Source: an uncultured archaeon (lineage in GTDB: Archaea; Asgardarchaeota; Thorarchaeia; Thorarchaeales; Thorarchaeaceae). From it: DNA of 64,000 bases. Below, piece after piece: positions 1-7,365 of this stretch. The notes below the pieces were generated by a model. The model had not been told where the DNA came from, ran no database searches, and worked only from the letters and a program-made list of their open reading frames with translations. Location: positions 64,001-128,000 of the forward strand of contig CAYWJO010000003.1 of assembly GCA_964458565.1 (NCBI GenBank), read 5' to 3'. The translations under genes were made by a program, and so were the position numbers. Position 1 is the first letter of the stretch, and every line of letters begins with the position of its first letter.

Positions 1-333
1 TTTAGCCTCAGCCCAATCTACAAGATCAGGAAATTCTTGAATCATCCCACCCCAAATGAGATGATAGACACGCTTCAGAATTGTTCGAGGGTCGGATTCT
101 TTGCCAACGTATTCGAAGAAACATTTGATTGAAGCGGGAGACTGATCAGTCATCTGTTCTGGGATTTCTGTTCCAAATCCAGCAAATGCTACTTCTAATT
201 CTTTAAGAACGTCCATGCGTTCACGTATACCTGATGCTATGACAGGCAAATCAATATCATACGCAGAGAAACTCATTACGAGCTTCTTGTCAGTGATTTT
301 TCCAAAAGGTAGAGTAAGTTCTCCTGTGCTCAT
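1..333 (-). CDS. Hypothetical protein, runs off the window edge (MSTGELTLPFGKITDKKLVMSFSAYDIDLPVIASGIRERMDVLKELEV...)
   Basis: Not in the ORF track. ATG at 333 with upstream GAGG; 111 open codons to the window edge. Divergent from the radical SAM gene. Confidence 0.7.
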   Translation of the reverse strand, partial: MSTGELTLPFGKITDKKLVMSFSAYDIDLPVIASGIRERMDVLKELEVAFAGFGTEIPEQMTDQSPASIKCFFEYVGKESDPRTILKRVYHLIWGGMIQEFPDLVDWAEAK

Positions 334-445
334 GTTATCTCGCCTCAAGATTATGCTATCAATTTCTTCTCCTGTTGATTGATAAGCCTTTCAGGTGGTG
401 TAATAACAAATACTAATCCTTAAGACATCAGGTCGAAAACACAGA

Positions 446-1873
446 ATGACGATGTATCCTCTAAATTACGACTATACATTAGACGATCTTAAGTGGATAC
501 CAAAATTTATTGAAGAAGTCAAAGACTACTTCTTTGCTCGACCTGAAGACAACCTTCTCATTTTACGTCCGAACAAAGTCATGCATCTTAATGAAACCGG
601 AATGAGGATGCTAAAGTTATTACTGGATGGTAATTCTCTAGAGGCTGTTGTCGATTATTTCATCAAAAACCACCGAGCCGACCAGCAAACTGTTCTCAAT
701 GACATTGCTGCGTTTGTTAATGATTTGAGAAACATGGTTTCAGGAAATCAAAATATCTATTCATATCAAACAGCCAAAATTATGCCCTTTGGTGAGAAAC
801 CAATAAATTACCCAGTTTTGAGTGAAATCGCTTTGACTTATCGATGCAACAACAAATGCCGATTTTGCTATGCATACTCACCATATCGGGAATCCAATGA
901 GATGAGTACTGAACAGGTCAAGAGAATCATCGATATCATTGTTGATGATGCGCATGTTCCTAGTCTCTCGTTTACCGGAGGTGAGCCCACTCTCAGGCAT
1001 GATCTTTTTGAACTGATAGAATATGGTCGTTCCAAGGGATTGCGAGTCAACCTGATAACCAATGGACGTAAATGTAGTGATTCGAATTATATACAGCGTT
1101 TGGTCGATGCAGGGTTGAACAGTGCCCAAGTCTCAATTGAAGGGCCTGATGCTCTTACACATGATGCAATAGTAGAGATACCTGGTGCATTTGACCAAAC
1201 GGTTCAAGGTATTAGGAATCTTCGACAAACCGACATCTATACGCATTGTAACACTACAATTTGTAAACCAAATGTCGATAAACTTGAAGAACTAGTTGAT
1301 TTTCACGCAGATGAGCTTGGATTATCATACTTCAGTATGAACATGGTCATCTACACAGGAACTGCTGCTAAGCTGCGAGATGAAATGGAAATAACCTTCT
1401 CGGAAATTGGAAGCATTGTAAGACGAGTAAAGAAACGAGCTAATAAGAAGGGGATCCAATTTGTATGGTACGCCCCAACACCAACATGTCTATTCAATCC
1501 CATAGCACATGGACTTGGAGCAAAACAGTGTGCAGCCTGTGATGGACTCTTATCTGTTGATGCAGAAGGCGGTCTCCTCCCGTGTTCTTCATTTAGCGAA
1601 CCCGTAGGAAATCTACTAGAAGAAGGATTTGAAAAAGTTTGGAACAACAGAGCTGCTAAATTCTGGAGAAGTAAATCATATGCACCAGAAGGATGCCAGC
1701 AGTGCAAAGAATTCGATTACTGCTACGGAGCTTGTCCGTTATACTGGGATGTTCATGGATTTGATGAGATTAAAAGTTACTGGCCTGAAAAGAGTCGAGT
1801 TGTATCAAAAATTGATCAAATGCGGCTAAATCTTCGAAGAAGAATCAAAGGTGATCAACACGGGATTACTTAG
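446..1873 (+). CDS. Radical SAM/SPASM protein with N-terminal PqqD-like (RRE) domain
   Basis: CNNKCRFC (CxxxCxxC), FTGGEP and ITNG motifs; SPASM cysteines CAAC...PC...CQQC...C...C; N-terminal LNETG...LLDG...VVDYF...DIAAFVNDL pattern is PqqD-like. Confidence 0.85.
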   Translation: MTMYPLNYDYTLDDLKWIPKFIEEVKDYFFARPEDNLLILRPNKVMHLNETGMRMLKLLLDGNSLEAVVDYFIKNHRADQQTVLNDIAAFVNDLRNMVSGNQNIYSYQTAKIMPFGEKPINYPVLSEIALTYRCNNKCRFCYAYSPYRESNEMSTEQVKRIIDIIVDDAHVPSLSFTGGEPTLRHDLFELIEYGRSKGLRVNLITNGRKCSDSNYIQRLVDAGLNSAQVSIEGPDALTHDAIVEIPGAFDQTVQGIRNLRQTDIYTHCNTTICKPNVDKLEELVDFHADELGLSYFSMNMVIYTGTAAKLRDEMEITFSEIGSIVRRVKKRANKKGIQFVWYAPTPTCLFNPIAHGLGAKQCAACDGLLSVDAEGGLLPCSSFSEPVGNLLEEGFEKVWNNRAAKFWRSKSYAPEGCQQCKEFDYCYGACPLYWDVHGFDEIKSYWPEKSRVVSKIDQMRLNLRRRIKGDQHGIT

Positions 1874-1918
1874 TAGCATCATGTGAAACTTAATATCACA
1901 AACCAATATTCCAACTCT

Positions 1919-3058
1919 ATGCAATTTTCTGACCTTATCACTCCTACTGCTGTTATTGACTTTTCAAGACTTCTAACTAACATTGAAAGAATGGCAGCAC
2001 GAGCAGAATCCTTTGGAGTTGGGTTAAGACCTCACATAAAAACTCACAAATGTCCAAGAATTGCGACTCTACAAACAGGCAAAGGCACGAACGGAATATT
2101 AACGTCAACCATCGGAGAAACAATTGCATTTGTAGGTAGCGGTTTCAGGGATATTATTTATGCAACTCCAATAACACCTGATAAGGTACCTGCAGCAGTG
2201 GAACTCAGCACTAAATCTAAACTGAGAGTCCTGGTTGACAATGAGATGATTTTACATCATCTTGAGAGAGAGTGCAAATCGAAGAAGCAAGAGATTGAGG
2301 TCCTGATTAAGATTGACTGTAATTATCATCGATCTGGAGTAAATCCCAATCATCCATCATCTTTGGAACTAGCAAAATCAATTCGGGATTGCAATCACAT
2401 TGCATATGCAGGAGTATTAACACACGCGGGTCATGCATACAATGCGAGGTCTGCTGAAGAAGTAGGTGCGATAGCTGAAGAGGAACAAGATGCAGTCCTT
2501 CAATTTGTAGAAAAGTTGGAGGGAAATGATATTGAGAGCGAAATTGTGAGCATAGGCTCTACTCCGACAGTTATGAACACAAATGGATTCAAAAAAGGGA
2601 TAACTGAGATTGGACCCGGCAACTATGTCTTCTTTGATTACACACAAGTAGCACTCGAGTCTTGTTCAGTTAATGATTGCGCGCTCTCGGTTTTTGCAAA
2701 GGTTGTAAGCTCATATTCTGATAGAATCATAGTTGATGCCGGAGCAACAGCTCTATCAAAAGACAACGGACCAACGCACATAGATCTGGATTGTGGATAC
2801 GGAAAAGTCTTCTCGGATTACCAAATGGGCGAACTTGCTGAGGACACCAAGATTACATCACTCTCCCAAGAACTTGGAAAAATTGAGATTGGACCTGATT
2901 CACCATTAAGGGGAAAAAGACCTGGTGACTACATCAGGATACTACCCAATCACAGTTGTCTGGTGTCGAACTTATTTGACAAGTTCTTCATTTCAAGTGA
3001 TGAAACAATCACTGATCAATGGTCCATCAATTGGGACAGGTTTTCGACAATCCTTTAA
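1919..3058 (+). CDS. PLP-dependent D-threonine aldolase/D-serine dehydratase (DSD1) family enzyme, alanine racemase fold
   Basis: TPxAVID, LRPHIKTHK, HRSGV, HAGHAY, GSTPT, GNYVFFD, LSQE and PNHSC motifs. ATG 1919 preferred to GTG 1883. Confidence 0.85.
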   Translation: MQFSDLITPTAVIDFSRLLTNIERMAARAESFGVGLRPHIKTHKCPRIATLQTGKGTNGILTSTIGETIAFVGSGFRDIIYATPITPDKVPAAVELSTKSKLRVLVDNEMILHHLERECKSKKQEIEVLIKIDCNYHRSGVNPNHPSSLELAKSIRDCNHIAYAGVLTHAGHAYNARSAEEVGAIAEEEQDAVLQFVEKLEGNDIESEIVSIGSTPTVMNTNGFKKGITEIGPGNYVFFDYTQVALESCSVNDCALSVFAKVVSSYSDRIIVDAGATALSKDNGPTHIDLDCGYGKVFSDYQMGELAEDTKITSLSQELGKIEIGPDSPLRGKRPGDYIRILPNHSCLVSNLFDKFFISSDETITDQWSINWDRFSTIL

Positions 3059-3066
3059 TCATTAGA

Positions 3067-3798
3067 TTAAGGGGCTCTCAGACGATTTGTGATGAGATGT
3101 CCACAATAGGGACAAGTCTCTTCTTCACCAGGCAAAACTGGATTATCGAGCTTTCCTCCGCAATTCGGACATGAGGTTACAGCTTTCGTCAGCTGTTCAA
3201 CAGCCTCTTTCGTATAGATGACCTTTGAGTTCTCATCAATTACACCTCTGAATCGTCCTTCTCGAGAAAGCTCCTTCATAGCATCTACAATCTGTTCTTC
3301 ATTCGCTTCGGTGACCTTGCTGATTTGTTCAAAGGTCATGCGTCTCTGTGCTAACAATAGATGCAATAGACTTTCTTTCAATGTCACAGCACGAGGACTA
3401 ACGATTTCATAGGCACTGCGATCTAAGTAAACCAATGGGAATTGACGAGTCGCAAGTTTTTCTGCTGCGTCAGCTACAGACTCTGAATCTACTCCTAGTT
3501 CTCTAGCCGCGTCGTCTACGCTAATTCGTCCCTCCTTTTGCACAAGGGGAATCAAATCACCAGCAATATCACCAACACGCGCTTCCTTACCACCAGAAGA
3601 TATCAACCAAAGTGCAATTGCGATTTCAGGCAATGCTAGAAGACCCCAAGAAATAATTCCAGAAGTGATTAATGTGGTTGTATCACCACCAACATTCATT
3701 GTGGCCTGATACACAATATATGACATTGCTATTCCAACAATGAATAGAAAGACTCCAATTAGCTGCTTCAAACGTCCGCTCAATAGGCTTGACTCCAT
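3067..3798 (-). CDS. Membrane protein with 2 TM helices, tandem winged-helix (PCI/DDRGK-like) domains and a C-terminal Zn ribbon
   Basis: Two N-terminal hydrophobic helices; GRISVDDAARELGVD; EGRFRGVIDENSKVIY; CPNCG...CPYCG. Confidence 0.7.
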   Translation of the reverse strand: MESSLLSGRLKQLIGVFLFIVGIAMSYIVYQATMNVGGDTTTLITSGIISWGLLALPEIAIALWLISSGGKEARVGDIAGDLIPLVQKEGRISVDDAARELGVDSESVADAAEKLATRQFPLVYLDRSAYEIVSPRAVTLKESLLHLLLAQRRMTFEQISKVTEANEEQIVDAMKELSREGRFRGVIDENSKVIYTKEAVEQLTKAVTSCPNCGGKLDNPVLPGEEETCPYCGHLITNRLRAP

Positions 3799-3962
3799 CA
3801 AAATTAGGTACAAAAATCCAATTATAGCTTGTGCAGGAACGAGAAATTCCTAAAATTCATCAAAAAATGGGCTCATTTACTCAAGGGTCTAAACGACAGA
3901 ATGAATTATATATAGAGACGTTCCAAAACGAAATACAGACCCATAAGGACGTGAAAGACTCA

Positions 3963-4379
3963 TTGTCAATAGATCGAGAAGGGGCGACGAGTGCGATAAT
4001 CCTACATTTCGAATCGGGAAAAGCTGTTGAATTTCCAACAGAGTTCGTGACAGACATAGGCGAAAAGGCTGCTCTGACAATATTACACCACAAGGATCGG
4101 GTAGTAAAACTTTTCCCTGTAACGAGTGATGATATATATCTTCTAAGGATAGAGATTAGCGACCTATCACGTAATTTCCTGAAGCAGCTCAACTTCGCGT
4201 TCAATGATGCCAAACTATCTGACATCATCTTCACAACTGGTGTCTGTCTTCGTGGCGAACGCTGTTATTATGAGTGCTACTTCGTACCTGATCAGCTAGT
4301 GATAGCTCTGAAAGAACTAGAAGAGAGTCTGAAGAAAATTAATGGCGTATCGAGAGTTGTCCTCAAGAAAGTTGAGTAA
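3963..4379 (+). CDS. 138-aa protein, probable C-terminal ACT-like domain; paralogue A
   Basis: TTG at 3963 gives exactly the same length and N-terminus (xxDRxGATSA) as the neighbouring paralogue. C-terminal beta-alpha-beta-beta-alpha-beta pattern ends LKKINGVSRVVL. Confidence 0.65.
   Translation: MSIDREGATSAIILHFESGKAVEFPTEFVTDIGEKAALTILHHKDRVVKLFPVTSDDIYLLRIEISDLSRNFLKQLNFAFNDAKLSDIIFTTGVCLRGERCYYECYFVPDQLVIALKELEESLKKINGVSRVVLKKVE
4152..4243 (+). repeat. 92-bp near-identical tract shared with 4673-4764
   Basis: GAGATTAGCGACCTATCACG...CACAAC(T/C)GGTGT with 2 mismatches by eye. Confidence 0.85.
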
Positions 4380-4483
4380 CAACTCTGGTTTCCCTATTTC
4401 GAATGGGCATGTACTCTAGCACAGAAGAGTTTATAGTGCATTTACGAATATTATTGAGATGTATATTTCAGGAAGTGTGATGC

Positions 4484-4900
4484 TTGACAACAGATAGAGA
4501 TGGCGCAACAAGCGCGACAATCATGAATTTTGTACCTGGAAAACCAACTGAATTCCCACCCCAGTTTGTGTCAGAATTTGGAGATAAAGAAGGATTGATG
4601 ATATATCATCACAAGGATAGAGTTGTCAAAATATTTCCGATTCACACAGATGATGTCTATCTTCTTCGTGTTGAGATTAGCGACCTATCACGTAATTTCC
4701 TAAAGCAGCTCAACTTCGCGTTCAATGATGCCAAACTATCTGACATCATCTTCACAACCGGTGTTTGCCTTCGTGGAGAACGTTGTTATTATGAGTGTTA
4801 CTTTGTACCTGATCAATTAGCTGTTTCTCTGAAAGAACTAGAAGGTAGCTTGACAAAGATTAGCGGCGTATCGAGAGTTGTCCTTCGAAAGGTAGAATGA
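4484..4900 (+). CDS. 138-aa protein, probable C-terminal ACT-like domain; paralogue B
   Basis: Colinear with 3963-4379 at offset 521; C-terminal half nearly identical. Confidence 0.7.
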   Translation: MTTDRDGATSATIMNFVPGKPTEFPPQFVSEFGDKEGLMIYHHKDRVVKIFPIHTDDVYLLRVEISDLSRNFLKQLNFAFNDAKLSDIIFTTGVCLRGERCYYECYFVPDQLAVSLKELEGSLTKISGVSRVVLRKVE

Positions 4901-4972
4901 AATCCTCATTCCATAGCAATTTTACCAAAAAATAGGGAAATATTCTAAATAGTGAATCCACTTAATTTTATG

Positions 4973-5011
4973 AAAAAAAGGCCCTCAGAACGATATTGCA
5001 TATTCTGAGGG
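4973..5011 (-). terminator. Hairpin plus T-tract ending the RIO kinase operon
   Basis: CCCTCAGAA(4982-4990)/TTCTGAGGG(5003-5011) stem followed by T7 on the minus strand. Confidence 0.7.
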
Positions 5012-5118
5012 TTAGGAGTATTCACAATGGAAATCCATCCATTGATAGACAATTGATTATATTTCAAATCACATATTCTTTGTAATATTTTCACGCTCCT
5101 TTTGTAGTCAAATGGTGA

Positions 5119-5262
5119 TTAAGCGCCTAATCTGAGACCAAGCGCTTCGTACTCACCATAGAGGAACTCTGTAAGTTCCTTACTGTGTTTCATGTTTCTC
5201 TGCAATTTCTCCTTCTTTATACAACATTTTGTCCTTTCAATCTCTTTAGCTGTTTTTATCAC
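5119..5262 (-). CDS. Unannotated 47-aa protein MIKTAKEIERTKCCIKKEKLQRNMKHSKELTEFLYGEYEALGLRLGA
   Basis: GGAGGTGA RBS; the GTG start overlaps the kinase TGA (GTGA coupling). Confidence 0.6.
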   Translation of the reverse strand: MIKTAKEIERTKCCIKKEKLQRNMKHSKELTEFLYGEYEALGLRLGA

Positions 5263-6095
5263 AGCAGTTCACCTCCTTCCCGCATCATCTCGCGGTAGTG
5301 TTTCTTATTCGCAGGAATGTACTCAGACAGAAACACATCAACGATGTGTTCTGAATCGCGGTACACCCCATATTCTTCAAAATATCCCAAGACATTCTGA
5401 ATATCTCGTCTTAGCAGTGCTTCAACCATAGGCATATCAGAAAATGGGCCAACCTCATATGCTTGAGGGACGTCAATAATCCAAGGTCGCTCCTGCCACC
5501 AGAGGATATTGTATCTACTCAAGTCCCCGTGTACGTAGTGTGCATCTCTGTACATGATGAGGTAATCATCTAGAATCTGATCAAGAACTTTCTCTGGTTC
5601 CTCAAGTTTTACGTCTTTCAACTGAGGAGCTGGTATAGTACCATCACCTATGAACCGCATCGTTAGCATATTTGCAACACGACCAATAGGTGTTGGTGAG
5701 TGCATGCCAACCTTGAAACAATTCATTAGAATGTCATATTCAGCCATTGCTAGGTCCTCCATCATGTTTAGAACACAATAAGTCCGCTTGCTTGATGCTT
5801 GGGTCATGTATCCTTTCTTCTTTGAGAGCTGGTGTGAGGACTGATAGAGTCTATACACTTTCAAGATGATAGGATGATTCCTCCAAGTAGCGAGAAAGAT
5901 TGAAGCTTCTTTTCCTGAACTCATCTGGTATAGTACATCAGTTGCAAGCCCGAATGTTACTGCATCCTCCTTTACGGAATCGAATGTGATTTCTTGAATG
6001 ACAGATCCTTTGGTGGTTGAATCACTCTTTAGTGTCTTGACCTTACGTGACACTGACCCACCTTTCTGTGGTTGGAACTTCTCCACTCTACTCAT
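5259..6095 (-). CDS. RIO1-like serine kinase, copy 2
   Basis: SSGKEASIF, LKVYR, HGDLSRYNIL, IIDVPQA. ATG 6095 with GGGAGG overlaps the stop of copy 1. Confidence 0.9.
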   Translation of the reverse strand: MSRVEKFQPQKGGSVSRKVKTLKSDSTTKGSVIQEITFDSVKEDAVTFGLATDVLYQMSSGKEASIFLATWRNHPIILKVYRLYQSSHQLSKKKGYMTQASSKRTYCVLNMMEDLAMAEYDILMNCFKVGMHSPTPIGRVANMLTMRFIGDGTIPAPQLKDVKLEEPEKVLDQILDDYLIMYRDAHYVHGDLSRYNILWWQERPWIIDVPQAYEVGPFSDMPMVEALLRRDIQNVLGYFEEYGVYRDSEHIVDVFLSEYIPANKKHYREMMREGGELL

Positions 6096-6891
6096 GGACA
6101 AACCCTCCCACTTGCTCATCATAGTGTTCAAGATTGGATGGTGTATATTCAGAGAGGAAAATTTCCACAATCTCATCAAGGTCCCGTCTAATCCCATATG
6201 ATTTGAAATCCATCAATACGTTTCTAATATCACGTCGAAGTAGTTGAGTCACATGCTTCATGTCAGCCCATGCATTCACACGATATGCTTGAGGAACATC
6301 AATAATCCATGGTCGCTCCTGCCACCATAGAATATTGTATCCACTCAGGTCACCGTGAACCCAATGAGCATCCCGATACATGAGGAGATAATCATCTAGA
6401 ATCTGATCAAGTACTGACTCCGGATTCTTGAGATCAACATCTCTAAGCTGAGGAGCAGGTAATCCATTCTCACCAATCAAACGCATCGTTAGATAGTTGC
6501 CAACTCGCCCAATGGGAGTTGGCACATGTACACCTGCTTTGAAGCACTCCATCAGTATGTCAAATTCCCTTGCTGCCAACATTGCCATCTTACCAGGGGC
6601 ATAGAACCCTTTCCCTTTTTGCGCCTGTGCGGTTGTCCAAAACCTGTAGGCTTTCAGTAAGATAGGATGTTCCATCCAGCGAGCAATGAAGATAGACGCT
6701 TCCTTTCCAGCTTTTGCTTGATAGATTACATCTGTAGCAAGCATAAACTCTATTGCATCAGTCTTAACATCCTCAAAGGTGATTTCACTGATATCCACTG
6801 CTTTACCCCAACGATCACCTCTGCTTGCATCTCGCTTATGAGAGAGCGCGGAAGCTTTCCTTGGGTTGAATTTCTCTACAACACCACCCAT
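6088..6891 (-). CDS. RIO1-like serine kinase, copy 1
   Basis: AGKEASIF, LKAYR, HGDLSGYNIL, IIDVPQA. ATG 6891 preceded by GGAGG. Confidence 0.9.
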   Translation of the reverse strand: MGGVVEKFNPRKASALSHKRDASRGDRWGKAVDISEITFEDVKTDAIEFMLATDVIYQAKAGKEASIFIARWMEHPILLKAYRFWTTAQAQKGKGFYAPGKMAMLAAREFDILMECFKAGVHVPTPIGRVGNYLTMRLIGENGLPAPQLRDVDLKNPESVLDQILDDYLLMYRDAHWVHGDLSGYNILWWQERPWIIDVPQAYRVNAWADMKHVTQLLRRDIRNVLMDFKSYGIRRDLDEIVEIFLSEYTPSNLEHYDEQVGGFVHE

Positions 6892-6909
6892 TATGCACAA
6901 CCTCCATGG

Positions 6910-6966
6910 TTATTGGTATGGTGTCGGTATTGGTTTTGTATCTGCAATTTTTTTGTTCACTCTCAT
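6910..6966 (-). CDS. Candidate 18-aa uORF MRVNKKIADTKPIPTPYQ
   Basis: ATG 6966 to TAA 6910, ending just before the kinase RBS; no clear RBS of its own. Confidence 0.3.
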   Translation of the reverse strand: MRVNKKIADTKPIPTPYQ

Positions 6967-7109
6967 TGACCAAGTTGCACATGTCCTACGTTAATAGCTC
7001 AATAAACCAAGTAGAAGCAGATACTACACACGTGTGGAGCGAAATCTACGTTCCTTCAGGCATGACATGCGTGACTGACTGAAGTGCACACAGAATCAGA
7101 AATGGGCAA

Positions 7110-7169
7110 CTAAGCCCATACACCACAGGTGCAGAAATCTACTACAAATTCAAGTTTGTTAACAATCAT
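7110..7169 (-). CDS. Candidate leader peptide MIVNKLEFVVDFCTCGVWA (19 aa)
   Basis: GGAGGTG RBS at 7186-7180; the TAG stop lies in the loop of the ATGGGC/GCCCAT hairpin (7102-7119). Confidence 0.55.
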   Translation of the reverse strand: MIVNKLEFVVDFCTCGVWA

Positions 7170-7225
7170 ATACTATCTACACCTCCAAATGTGGTTCATG
7201 TGATTCTTCAGCCAGATTAACTTGC

Positions 7226-7239
7226 ATATAAAGATTCGC
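7226..7239 (-). promoter_or_regulatory. Putative BRE/TATA box for the leader-RIO transcript
   Basis: Minus strand GCGAATC-TTTATAT about 40 nt upstream of the leader RBS. Confidence 0.5.
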
Positions 7240-7365
7240 CACAGCGCCTGTTCGGTTTTTTGCATTTTTTCAAATTGAACCTATTCAGCATTACAGTGCA
7301 TCCCATATGAAGAGATGGATTTGTGAGTTAGAACAGGCAGAAAAGCCAATTAATCTGAAAGGCAA

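Noticed and set aside
4920-5094. Further ~57-codon GTG ORF downstream of the 47-aa ORF
   Set aside because: Runs through the terminator hairpin and T-tract, and RBS spacing is poor.
6967-7365. CRISPR array or tRNA in the intergenic region
   Set aside because: Only short irregular repeats; no regular spacing or cloverleaf.
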